A stretch of 64,000 nt of DNA. It comes from Heteronotia binoei. Taxonomy: Eukaryota. Both the position numbers and the translations under genes were made by a program. The notes under the pieces were generated by a model. The model saw nothing but the letters and a program-made list of their open reading frames with translations. It was not told the origin of the DNA and searched no databases. The stretch spans positions 23,932,001-23,996,000 of the forward strand of contig NC_083237.1 of NCBI RefSeq assembly GCF_032191835.1, read 5' to 3'. Position 1 is the stretch's first letter; every line of letters starts with the position of its first letter. Of the stretch, positions 24,528-35,586 are shown in pieces.

Positions 24528-25505
24528 GACCACAAGGGTGTTAAAGGGCTTATATTGCAAAATGTGCAATGAGGCAAGATCTGAGAACAATTTTTTTAAA
24601 ATAAAAAAGGGCTGTCCAGAAGTGTATAAGGTTTCCTTTAAGACGGAAAACAAATCACTTCTGCAAAGACACATAACAAGACAGTAAGTGGGATCTAAGT
24701 AAATTAGATGGAAGTAAATTTAAACTGAATCTTCAGCAGAAGTTTCATGGAGACTGGAGTAGGTAGTCTCAGATTTTCTCCCAGGCTTTATTGAGGGAGT
24801 GGAAATAATGCAATTTTGCTGCTCTCCTGTCCCTCCCCACCCATCACAATTACCTGAATATTCACCATGGTATAAAACACATTTTTAAAAAAATAACTGT
24901 AGATTTACAAATCAGAATTACCACTATTTGTTTTTTGAACATGACAACTTTTCAGAAAATTTATTTCTGGCTTTGGGTATTTGCTGACAATAGTTAAAAG
25001 ACTTTGAGGAGACTTTTGCCCCTCTAATTCCCTTTCCACATGTTGCTCCATTGCAGGCAAAACATGAACAGGTATTTAAGTCCCGCCACCCCCCCCCCTT
25101 TAACTAATAATTTTGGCAAATACATTTTTAGAGCCAAAAATCATTTTAAATTTGCCCGCTTCGTGATGAGCATGCTTAAAAACCTGTGGGTGGTGGCTAC
25201 TACCAGGCCTTTCCTAGAGAAAAAAAACCCTCAACTGTATAAAGTTACACAAACTATGCAAATTAGCAGATCCTTGTTTATTTTTTTCTTCTGCTATCCT
25301 CGGGAGGGGACACACAACTACACAAGGCACTGATTCACTACAAATTTTGCTCAGCTTCTTTTCAGCCCCACTTTGTCCACTTATTTTGGCCTCTTCATAG
25401 CCTGAAGGACTAGGAACTTTGAAACGAGAAAATGAGGTTCTGAATGAATGCTGAATTCAGTATTACAGTGTAGGAATTATCACAGCTCTGATTTCAGCTA
25501 CCATA

Positions 25506-25690
25506 TGCCATCTGGATAGCCCAGGCATTTCATGAGATCTCTGTAGCTAAGCAGGGTCAGCCCTGGTTAGTAATTGGATGGGAGACCACCAAGGAAGACC
25601 AGGAGTGTGACGCAGTAGCAACCCACTTTGACTTGAAATCTCTGCGGGGTTGCCCTCCCTCAGCTTTGACTTGACAGCACTTTCCACGAC
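25506..25690 (+). mobile_element. 5S rRNA-derived SINE (best-preserved copy), inside the ZNF784-like 3' UTR region
   Basis: GATCTCTGTAGCTAAGCAGGGTCAGCCCTGGTTAGTAATTGGATGGGAGACCACC closely matches vertebrate 5S rRNA (GATCTCGGAAGCTAAGCAGGGTCGGGCCTGGTTAGTACTTGGATGGGAGACCGCC), then continues into a non-5S tail. Confidence 0.8.
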
Positions 25691-25718
25691 ATACCATCGA
25701 TAAAACCCTCTGAAGCAG

Positions 25719-27728
25719 TCACTGTGGCTTGACACTCCGTGATATTTTCTCCACACCCTTATTGCCACTTCCTGTGCTCTCCTGCAAATGAAGCCGGCGA
25801 TGTTTGGCAAAGTTGGAAGAGTTATTGAAGCGCCGACAGCACACGGTGCATTCAAAGGGCTTTTCCCCAGTATGAAGCCTGCGGTGAGTTGCCAGGGCTG
25901 AGCTCTGCGTGAACCGCTTACCACAGACGGAGCAGCCAAAGGGCCTTTCACCTGTATGTACTCGCAGATGCTCCTTCAAATCAGTAGCACGCCGGAACTG
26001 CTTGGGACATGCAAAGCACAGGAATGGCTTGGAATCAAAGTCTGATTGGGAATGCTGAGCATAAGGCTCAGAATCTTGGAAAGGAAAGCAGGTAGGACTC
26101 TCTCCTTCCCAGGGCTGAATGGTGCTGCTGAATTGGTCTTGCAGTGAGTGGTGGGGGGACACTGAGAGGTCATAAGGCGAAGAGCACGCATTGGAGATGC
26201 CTGGTGCCCAAGAGGATGAACCGGGGCGCCTGTCAAAGGGACAACATTCTTCAAGTTCCTCTCTTTCCTTCATGGTCTCCATATCAGACTTTTCCCAGAC
26301 CATGATATCCCCCCTTTCAGGACAAGTTCCCACAGACATTTTAGGCACTAGAGAATTCATGTTTCCAGGAGTACATGTTTGAAAGTTCACCTGTTTCTCC
26401 TTGCCGGTGCTAGCATCATGGCTCAGATCTCCAAAATGGCTGGTGCAATTTTCACTCATGCCATGGACATGCCCTTCATGGCTGACATTTTGTCTCAGCT
26501 TTGTGGAGTGGTCATAGTGGATTTGCCTCAGCCCACTGTTTGGACTTCCCCCAGTGCCATTCTGTTTCATGTCTGCAATGGTGTCCTTTCCTCTGGTGTG
26601 CTTCAGCCCTTTGAGGTAGCCTCCGTTAGGCCTCCTGTCTAAGTTGTAGCCCCTGACACTACCATTTTGGCTATGAATATTGCCACCCACTGATAAGAGG
26701 CCTTTTCCATAGCTGACAACATCTAACTGTAACCTACCACTATAGCTGGCAACATGTTTCTGGTCTCCCTGAGTGTCACTTTCCTCTGCTTTCCTTGACT
26801 TCAGGCCTTTAGTGTGATTTCCCCCACTACCATACTTCAGAAGTCTGAACCTGTGGCCATTTTGAGCTTCCCCTTGTTCAAGGCTGCAGTTTCCATTTCC
26901 CCCCTGTTCACCAATATATCCTTTGCTATCACCTACCTTAAGTCGGACACTTCCATGTCTCATTTCAAGGTTAGGGCCACAGTAAGTGGCACCTTGCCTT
27001 ACTTTCATCCTCTTAAAATGACCTACATTATTACCAAGTTGCCTTAGACTGTTGTTACCACCATCTTGGCCTAGAAGCCCATTAACATAAGGGCCATTTT
27101 GTCTCCCAACAAGATTGTGGGCCCTGTTCCCGCCTTCTCTCAGTTCCTTGATGCTTTGGTGGCCATTTTGACTCAGTATCTTGCTTTGCCACTGGTTACT
27201 GCCTGTGGCCTGATGCTGCTTCTTCCCCCGAAGGATGGTACAGTTCTTCCCATCCTTCCCCTTGGGACCATATTCATATGGTTGTCCATGGATACGTTGG
27301 TGTTTGCGAAAATTGGAGCCATTGTTGAAAGACTTTAAGCAGACTGTGCAATGGAAAGGTCGCTCACCAGTATGAATACGCATGTGGCCAGAAAGCACCG
27401 AACTCTGAGTAAAGCGCTTACCACAGATACCACAGCCGTAAGGCCTTTCTCCCGTATGCACCCGCTCATGGTCACGCCGGTCTGAGGCCCTTTTGAAGCG
27501 CTTGGGGCAAAAAGAACAACCATAAGGTCTGTCAGCAGGGAGGGCCTGGGTCTCTAGGTTGTCAGGCAACCAGTTCCCAGGCTCCAAAACAATGCTTTTG
27601 CAGGCCTGGCACTGTGGAGTCTGCCCTGGGGATCCAGAAAAGTCTGGTAGCTCCTCCTGACACAGACAACAGGTTGGGAGAGTTACTGATCCAGTTTCTT
27701 CCTTTACTTTAATCAGCTCTGTTTCCAT
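25719..27728 (-). CDS. ZNF784: ZNF784-like C2H2 zinc finger protein, 669 aa, two 3-finger arrays separated by a long low-complexity linker
   Basis: Fingers [55 protein letters not shown] match the recalled C-terminal triplet of human ZNF784. Position and strand next to ZNF865 fit synteny. A minus-strand acceptor (ttttctttttcctaag) opens the exon at 27772, and an in-frame TAA lies just upstream of the ATG. Confidence 0.8.
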   Translation of the reverse strand: METELIKVKEETGSVTLPTCCLCQEELPDFSGSPGQTPQCQACKSIVLEPGNWLPDNLETQALPADRPYGCSFCPKRFKRASDRRDHERVHTGERPYGCGICGKRFTQSSVLSGHMRIHTGERPFHCTVCLKSFNNGSNFRKHQRIHGQPYEYGPKGKDGKNCTILRGKKQHQATGSNQWQSKILSQNGHQSIKELREGGNRAHNLVGRQNGPYVNGLLGQDGGNNSLRQLGNNVGHFKRMKVRQGATYCGPNLEMRHGSVRLKVGDSKGYIGEQGGNGNCSLEQGEAQNGHRFRLLKYGSGGNHTKGLKSRKAEESDTQGDQKHVASYSGRLQLDVVSYGKGLLSVGGNIHSQNGSVRGYNLDRRPNGGYLKGLKHTRGKDTIADMKQNGTGGSPNSGLRQIHYDHSTKLRQNVSHEGHVHGMSENCTSHFGDLSHDASTGKEKQVNFQTCTPGNMNSLVPKMSVGTCPERGDIMVWEKSDMETMKEREELEECCPFDRRPGSSSWAPGISNACSSPYDLSVSPHHSLQDQFSSTIQPWEGESPTCFPFQDSEPYAQHSQSDFDSKPFLCFACPKQFRRATDLKEHLRVHTGERPFGCSVCGKRFTQSSALATHRRLHTGEKPFECTVCCRRFNNSSNFAKHRRLHLQESTGSGNKGVEKISRSVKPQ

Positions 27729-28799
27729 CAGTTAGTCCAAAGCATCACAGCACCAGCTTCTCAGTATCTGCCCTTAGGAAAAAGAAAACAGAAACAGAAA
27801 ATGAGAAAAGGGAACATGGGAAGGGAGGGGAGGAAAAGTAAAAGTGACATATAAAATTAATGCCATATACTGGGGGCCCCATGCACATACCTTCTTCCAG
27901 GAAAATTCAATTTCCAGCTTCTCTGTCTTAACTCAAGTCTTCCTGGATGTCTTGGGAGTGCTAGACCCCAGTTCTGCAGTCTCTCAATCTCCAATTTCTC
28001 TTTTAGAAATCCTTTTGTTCTTCAGCCTACTCAAGGTCCCTGGGGAATTCTGGGTCTATGCTCATTACAACCCCCACCGTTTCACTTTGTTCCCAAAAAG
28101 ACATGGGTACTCCAGCGCCAAAGCGACTCCCCTTCGTTAGGCTCTGCTTGTTCCTTATACAGTGGAACCTCCATGTACAGGAGCAGTCTGCCTTTAAATG
28201 CAAGACACTGGTGCAAACGACAACAAGCAAAAGGCCACTGTCTTCATGTCTTCCTTGTGAGTGCCCAAAGGTATCTGGCCAGGCGCTGCAAGAAAAAAAA
28301 CGAAGGGATAGGCCTGGAGCCTGCCACCCCCACAATGCAATTCAATTGTCTGACCTCAACCCTCCTCAAACTTACTAGACTCCACTCCTTTTGCGGAGGA
28401 GAAAGTCTCCCAACCAGGCCTGTAGCCAGGATTTTAAAAAATTGGGGGGGGGGGATTTAAAAAAGTCAGGGGGCACTTAGTGGCTCCCCTCCCTTGGCCA
28501 CCACCTGCATAACTCAGGACGCCTGACTTTCCCTCCCACCCCCACCCCCACTGGGGGCCTTTAGGAGGGGTAGCAGCTGCTTCTTTCTGGGTACCTCTCC
28601 CCTGCAATTTAAATCATGCGGGGAGGGAGGGAGCAGAACCCAGCCTTTCAGCTTTCACCCCTGCAGTGGTGGCAGGGGGAAGTAGGGAAGGCTGGGGGCA
28701 CCCATCAGGAAGTCAGAGGGAAGGGCCCCCACAGGTCCTCCTGTAGCTAAAGGCCTGCTCCCAACCCTGTCAAGGGGTGCCCCATCTCCATCCTGCCCT

Positions 28800-29600
28800 A
28801 CACGGCTCATTTCCTTCTCAGGAAACCCCTCTTAGACGCCTCGATCTCTCCCCCCTACTCTTCCCCCGAAAAGCCCCGGCGCTCTCCTGATTCAAAGCTT
28901 TCCTCTCTCGTCCTTTTAAACCCACCCAGCCCCCTCCCAGAGAACCCAGGCGTCCTGGGCCCCCAACCCCTTCTAGAGTATCCCGGCGACAGGCTTCGCA
29001 GAGACCTCGAGCGGCCGTCCCCGAGTCCTCCTCCGCGTCGCTGCAATCCAGCAGACCCACTGGTCCCCTTTGGAGTCCTGGGAGCTGAGAGAGAACAATA
29101 GCCCGACATTGGGCACGCCGAAGGCGCGGGGGCTGGAGCTCCGCCGGGTTGTGAGATCGGTATGCAAGGCCGATGCATGTCCACAAGACATGTCCCTACT
29201 ACGGTGAGTAAGTTCTTCCCACTTCTCCCCGCCACCACCACCCCACATCCCTCCCCCCTTCACCCCGATTTATTTACTTCGGTCTCTTTGTTTCCCACCC
29301 TCTGCTCTTCCCAAGAACTGCACGGAGATTTCTCCGGCCGAGCGGTTCCCTTTTCCTTTCTCCAGGCGGACTCTCACCTGCGCCGTCTCATCCAGTGTGG
29401 TTCCGGAAAGATTTCCCCCCCAAAAGTCCCTTCCCAACTTTCAGCTGCCTTCGTAGAGAAGCAGGGGAAAAACTCCCCTCCCCCTCCTCTTTCCTGCCCA
29501 TCCTCTTCCTTAGTCTTTACCTCCCCTTTAAATGGAGCCCAAAAGGAAATTAAAGGAAACGGGGAGATTGTGGCCTCCCCCCCCTTTTTGTCTGCCGTCA
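28800..29600 (-). promoter_or_regulatory. CpG island and candidate exon 1 of the ZNF784-like gene (minus-strand donor CAG|GTGAGA, exon end 29378)
   Basis: CpG-rich. Palindromic ETS-like TTCCGGAA at 29401-29408. Consensus minus-strand donor 1.6 kb upstream of the coding exon acceptor. Confidence 0.6.
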
Positions 29601-29867
29601 AAAAGTCTGGCTAATAGCGAGGTGGTTTTTTCTTATTATTTATTTAAAGAGAAAGAAGCACTGTTGATGGGAAATCGGATTAGGCACCTTTTGCCACAGA
29701 TGTGGCTTTTATAGTTCAATTATCTTCGAATTTTAATATTAACGAAGATCTAAATTCCACTAGACCCACCCCTCCGCTCTGTTTCCCAGTTCAGGGGCAA
29801 CTTGTAGGTAACCTTGTTGGTCCATAGGGTAGGGGGAGGGATCCAGTTGTGTAATACCACTAGGAAA

Positions 29868-30232
29868 CAGGGCTCTTTTTGTACAAAAAAGGCCACAGGA
29901 ACTCATTTGCATATTAGGCCACACCCCCTGATGCCAAGCCAGTTCCTGTTTAAAAAAAGCTCCCTCTCTCTGTAGTTGGAAGGGACCTCTAGGGTCATCT
30001 AGTCCAACCCCCTGCACTATGCAGGAAATTCACAAGTTCCTCCCCACCCCCACAGGACTTTTTATGGCAGGAACTCCTTTGAATATTAAGCCACACAACC
30101 CTGATGTAGCCAATCCTCCAAGAGTTTACAGGGCTCTTAGTACAGAGACTACTGTAATTTCCAGGAGGACTGGCTGTATTAGGGGCGTGTGGCCTAATAT
30201 GCAAATGAATTGCTGCTACAAAAAAAGCCCTG
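29868..30232. mobile_element. Two adjacent hAT-type MITEs (family D, TIR CAGGGCTTTTTT) with a CR1/SINE-tail fragment between them
   Basis: Termini CAGGGCTCTTTT (29868) and AAAAAAAGCCCTG (30232). Same family as the TSD-flanked copy at 55564-55673. Each carries ATTTGCAT/ATGCAAAT. Confidence 0.6.
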
Positions 30233-30239
30233 CAATGAA

Positions 30240-30380
30240 ACGTTAGCTTCCATTTCTATGTATCAGAAGTGTGTGAAAGCTTATTCCTGGGATAAACTTT
30301 TGTTGGTCTTAAAGGTGCCACTGGATTCAACATTTGTTCTACAGTTTTGCACCAACACAGCTAGCCACCTGGATCTAAAA
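30240..30380 (+). mobile_element. Penelope terminal fragment
   Basis: GAAAGCTTA..TTTGTTGGTCTTAAAGGTGCCACTGGA..CAAC.TTTGTTCT...ACCAACACAGCT, the same motif as 24396-24505. Confidence 0.7.
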
Positions 30381-30934
30381 AGCCACAAAGTTACTCATGG
30401 CTTTAATGAAGTGTCAGAAGACTGAGGGCAGATTACCCACCCTCCTGGGGCAGAAAATCCCATACCTGAAAATGTCATCAGTCTCATCTCTGTCAATGTA
30501 TACAAGCAGAACTCCCAGAAGGGCTTCACTCTCAAGGGAAGGCCTCAGATCACACAATCAGGTTGCTCTGACCTTTAGATAACCCAGTCCTTTTGAATTG
30601 GGCCCCAGAAACAAAGTAACAGTCAATAATGCTGCAGCAGCCATATAATTATGTGTTGGAAAATGGCCATAGATCAGCAGAAGTGCCTGTGCTGTGTGTG
30701 CAAGAATCAAGGTTGAATCTGGGCTTCTTCTGTTCTGTCACTGGTAGTAGGTGCTGGGAAAGTGTTTTCTCTACCAGAGACTCTGGAGAGCTGTTGCAAG
30801 TCACAGCAGACAATATTGGACTAGACAGCCTCTAGCTGTACTTATACTTTTATTTGTTACTTTTAAATTTTGCTTTAAATAAACAGAAATATCTGCAGCT
30901 GTTATGTTCTACTGTAGCATTTTAAATCATGCCC

Positions 30935-31110
30935 TGACCTGGATGTCCCTGGCTAGCCTGGCCTCATCAGACTTTGGAAGCTAGGGGTCAGTCTTGTTTA
31001 GTATTTGGATGCGAGACCACCAAGAAAGTCCAGGGTTGCTTCCCACCTGTTAGTGCTGAAATCTTTTGGGGTATCTGTAAACTGGCTCTGACTTGATGGC
31101 CCTTCCCACC
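30935..31110 (+). mobile_element. 5S-derived SINE
   Basis: TTGGAAGCTAGGG.TCAG..TTGTTTAGTATTTGGATGCGAGACCACCAAGAAAG is a 5S-like internal promoter region. Confidence 0.6.
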
Positions 31111-31176
31111 ACTACCACTTTCATATCCAGAAAGCATGGCATCTTCTGAACAACTACAGCAAGTGTACTCACCAAG

Positions 31177-31442
31177 CCAGTTTGGTGTAGTGGTTAAGTG
31201 CATGGACTCTTATCTGGGAGAACCGGGTTTGATTCCCCACTCCTCCACTTGCAGCTGCTGGAATGGCCTTGGGTCAGCCATAGCTCTCGCAGAGCTGTCT
31301 TTGAAAGGGCAACTTCAGGGAGAGCTCTCTCAGCCCCACCTACTTCACAGGGTGTTTGTTGCGGGAGGAGGAAGATAAAGGAGATTGTGAGTCGTTCTGA
31401 GATTCAGAGTGGAGGGTGGGATATAAATCCAATATCATCTTT
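31177..31442 (+). mobile_element. Squam3-like tRNA-derived SINE, near full length
   Basis: tRNA-like head (TGGTGTAGTGG A-box, GGTTTGATTCC B-box) with a body and tail shared by the copies at 43985-44255 and 52600-52845. Confidence 0.8.
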
Positions 31443-34400
31443 CACAGTGATGCCTGTTTTGTTTATATTAGATGGTGTACAGTTTGTTTTTTAGAAGTAG
31501 AATTTAAATTGTCAAGTATTTCAGTTTTCCATTTTCTACAAAACAAAATTCTAGACCCCACAGTTGCAGGAAGATGTTTGTGATGTACAGTCTGCAGCAT
31601 GGAAGGATTTCCCATGTTCAGGTTGGTACCCTGCACGGCTTCCATAAAGGCTTCACTCTCAAGTTCATGAACAAACTTTTAGAGCACTGAAACATTTCAA
31701 TGCATATCCTACTTTTTTTAAAAAAAAGTATACATGTCTGGCTCAGAATAAAGCAAGTGACAGAGGATGTTTATGCAAAATGAGCACTATACATATGTTT
31801 TATTGATTTGCATATTTTAAGCACTAAACCGGCATATTCAACACATATTTGGATTTTTAAAAAATTTTGGTGCATAAAATGATGTCCAGTGTATCTTCAG
31901 CCCACTCCCCTTCCCATACAATCAAACCTATTCCCTTTCTCGCCCTCTTCTCTATGGTCAAAGCAAACCATTGATCTCCAATATCTTGGTAAAAACCTTT
32001 TTGCATTTTTAAAAGTCATGGATACGAAAGGCACTCTTCTTAGTCCCAGCGTCAGAGGGTTCGCTTCCTATCGATGCATCTAACATAATGGGAAGTAACA
32101 GAGAATCACTTTGTTCCAGACACACAAAGATGAACCAAAACCCAGAGAACTATATTTAATTTAAAAAAGGACACACACAGAGATCAAAGAATCCACACTA
32201 AATATGAAGTGGAGAAACACAACCCAGGGGGTCTCCCTGGCAAACTTTGGAGGTGCCGGTCTTTCCGGCACTTTGGAACACATGCTGTGGGTCAGGCTCT
32301 TAACACTTATTCCCCTTGCCAAGGAAACAGAGATCCCAAGTCTGTTGTATATTGTAGGAAATCACTACAGTCTTCTTGCGTACGCCCCACAAGCCAAAAG
32401 TCAGAGATGAAGCACAGTGTCTTTCTGCCAGAGAACTAGGCTTTAAAATCTGCCTGGTCCACAACAGTCTGGAAAACCCTCTGCATCTGACCAAAGGGCA
32501 GAATGAAACCAGGCCTGCTGGCAAGAAAAGGTCTTATCCAGAGCTGGACAAATTCTGTCTTTTAGAGGAAATGTTGAATCTTTTTCTTTTTAACTGGAAA
32601 TGTCTGGAGGAAATAAGAGACTAAAGGGCCAACTGCAAAGGAATACCCCATATTTCAACACTTCAGTTCCACTTCTCCCCACCTAAGTGCTTTAAAAAAT
32701 GAACAGAGCCACAATATCTTAAAGGTAAGTTGGTTAGATTCAAGTCCAGTAGCGCCTTAGAGACCCACAAGAATTTTGTGGTATCAGCGTCCAAGAATCA
32801 AAGCTCTCTTCATCAGATATGTCTAAGGCAAGGGCCCCAAACCTTTTTGAGAATGTGGGCACCTTCAGAATTCTACTACAGTGGGCGCAACCACAAAATG
32901 GCTGCCACAGGAGGTAATGAAACACACAGAGAGACTAAGAGCAAGGGAGAAGAAGGGTAATTTAAAATACCCAGGGAAAGAAGGGTGAGAGAGAATAAAA
33001 CAAACACTGAGGTAATAAAAAAGAACTTTCAAATGTTATTTTGACATGGCCCGTCAAATAATTTGGTGGCAAGTCAGAAGCCCTGCCAAGCAACGGCCCC
33101 ACCTGGCCTGCCCACTTTCTAAAAACACTTGATGGGTACCAAGTTGGGGAGACCCCTTGTCTAAGGTTCTACTGGACGTGAATCTAGCTGTTCTACAGTA
33201 GATCCACACAGCTGCTCTCTGAAATGATCTCAAAGGTAAATGGAATCCACCAGGCTCTTCCTTCTGTTTAATCCTGAAGACTAACAAAACGCATTCCCAT
33301 ATAAACTACCATGAGTCATCAGGTGCCAAGCATCCAATGAAATCAGCTCTGACCAGCCTAAGATTATATTGGAATACATTTTGTTGGTCTTTAAGATGTC
33401 ACTGGGACTCCTGTTTATTTTGTTGTTACTGGGGATTGGGGAGGGTAGGAGGTAAGGGCTGGATTAACAATTAGGTCAAGTAGGCACTGGCCTATGGGCT
33501 CCCACACCTTTAGGAGCCCTGGGCCAGCTCCCCCCCGCCCAGTTTCCCCCCTGCTTGCAGCCCTCCCAGCCTGCACATACAGCCAGCAACTGAGCTGCTC
33601 TTTGCCAGACTTGCCTGGTGCATCTGATGTTGGCGTCATCACCAAGTTTGCCTCCCTCTGCTTCTCCATTGCAGCTTTGTCAAAGGGGCTTTTGAAAAGG
33701 TGTCTGCAGGCTGCAGCATGTGCTGCAGGCAGCAGGGCAGCTGCTCCAACTCTAAGATAATTTGCGAGGGGCCTCCCGAGATTTTGACTGCCGAAGGGCC
33801 TCCATAGGGTGTAACCCAGCCATGGAGGTAAGTGCAGACACAGATGTGCTGGGGTGAGATTCTACTCCAGGTGGACACCAAGATCTGCCAATGAGACTTC
33901 TGCAAAGGAGTTCACACATTTTGAAAAAATTGTAGTTGGTGACTGTGGAGGAAGGAGAGATATTCCCCTGGCTTTCACCCCTCCAGTTCATTTTTCCCAG
34001 ACCAACAGAAGCAGATACTTTCCGTATTTGTGAAGCATATCTTTAGAAAATGAGTGGGCCCAAGTTTCTTTTGCCAAGGTGAGGGTCTCCATGCTGTTTC
34101 CAAGCCAATGCACACCTGAAAGGGACGTAGGGTAACCCTTTGCAGAGATTTGCCTTTTCAAGGTCAAGTAAACAAAGGGGTAAGCTATTAATAGATGTGT
34201 ACTGCCAGTTTATACAGGCTATATGACAACATGTCCTTCAGACATATATGGTGGCTGTTTGTTAAGTGCAAGGCCTGGGCCTAGAGGGCTGGATTCTCTC
34301 TGCCACAGAGTCATAGGATTGGCTAGAGCTGGATGCTAGTAGGCCATGCTGTCTATTGCACAGGCAGATAATGCTAGGCCAGCATATCCATGGGTAGATG

Positions 34401-34463
34401 CATATGACCTACAAGGGCAATGGTCACTGGGATGAAACAGGAAGGAATGGCTCTCCCTGCCAA

Positions 34464-34469
34464 TTTATT
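34464..34469 (-). terminator. Candidate polyadenylation signal of the ZNF581-like gene
   Basis: AATAAA on the minus strand ~360 nt after the stop at 34828. Motif only. Confidence 0.4.
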
Positions 34470-34827
34470 AGGAGCTCAGGAAGGTGTGACAAACTAGAGT
34501 CGCTAGAGAACTGGTAGGCCAAGTCCTTGCAGCATGAGAAGATGGGCAACGTCCATGTTAAGTCTCAGAAAGCTGGCTCTTCCATGCCAGAGAGCTTCAG
34601 GCATTGGTGGATGAGGTTCTTCATTCAGATTCCTCCAGGGAACTGCAAGTCATTCACTGGCAGATGGGGAAGTACCAGTTCCATAAGACAAGGGCAAATA
34701 CGTTCAAGGCCAAGATTGCCATTGCATGCCCAGGTGCTAGCAAGTCCCAGGAAGTAGATTCCTCAGGGCTGGCAGGCAGTGGGGTCTCCATGCCTCTGAC
34801 ATAAGGTACATCCCAGAAGGTCAGTCT

Positions 34828-35586
34828 CTATGGTGTGGGGAGGAGCTGTAGACGGTGCTTCCGGCGGATATGCCTCTGAAGAGTGTTGCGCTCCCCAAAG
34901 CGCATATGGCATGCTTCACACTGGTAGGGCCGCTCACCCGTGTGCACCCGCTGGTGGTGCGAGAGCTCCCCAGAGTCACGGAAGCTGCGCTGGCAGATGG
35001 GACATTGGTGGGGCTTACGGCCAGAGTGGGTGTATTTGTGGCGCTCCAAGTGGGACGTGCGCTTGAAGGCCTTGCCACAAGCTCGGCACACATGTGGCTT
35101 GCTTTCCGAGTGGGTGATACTGTGGCGCTGGAGGTAAGACAGGTACTCAAATGTTCGCGAGCACACTGGGCAGCAGTACACCTTGCGCAAAGGGCCCCCG
35201 CTCCCTCCACCCTCTGTGCCTGCAGTCGCCTCAGCGGACCCCACCCCCTCTTCCACTAGTACCGTGTACGGCAGCCCCTGGCTGTCAATCAACAAGTAGC
35301 GCCCCAGTCGAGAAGTCTCTCCTTGTTCCATGCCGGTTGCCCCTATGGGAATGTGGGTTCGTTTGCCTGTGGCAGGCAACCCATTCAAGCCCTGAAGAAG
35401 GGCACCTGCAGGAGAAGGCACTGGTGGCCGAGACAGTTTAGGAGGTGGAATTTGGACTTCCCCTCCCTCATCCTCCAGCTTAATGTGCCCCAAGCTACTT
35501 GTGGGGTCTTGGAGAGAGGAGCGTTCCATGGTTTCATCTGGTCTAAGAGGATCCTCTGTAGACTTGGAATGTCTCTGCAGCTCCAT
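34828..35586 (-). CDS. ZNF581: ZNF581-like (ZNF580/581 family) protein, ~252 aa, 4 C2H2 fingers
   Basis: YLLIDSQGLPYTVLVEE and CPVCSRTFEYLSYLQRHSITHSE.KP..C..CGKAFKR.SHL match recalled human ZNF581. The acceptor ctttctcattgcag opens the exon at 35629, so the first usable ATG is 35586, not the ORF-track start at 35661. Confidence 0.88.
   Translation of the reverse strand: MELQRHSKSTEDPLRPDETMERSSLQDPTSSLGHIKLEDEGGEVQIPPPKLSRPPVPSPAGALLQGLNGLPATGKRTHIPIGATGMEQGETSRLGRYLLIDSQGLPYTVLVEEGVGSAEATAGTEGGGSGGPLRKVYCCPVCSRTFEYLSYLQRHSITHSESKPHVCRACGKAFKRTSHLERHKYTHSGRKPHQCPICQRSFRDSGELSHHQRVHTGERPYQCEACHMRFGERNTLQRHIRRKHRLQLLPTP

Noticed and set aside
25530-25600. Possible 5S rRNA gene
   Set aside because: Only the internal part matches. 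The 5' and 3' ends are missing, and it continues into a tail shared with other dispersed copies, so it is a SINE.
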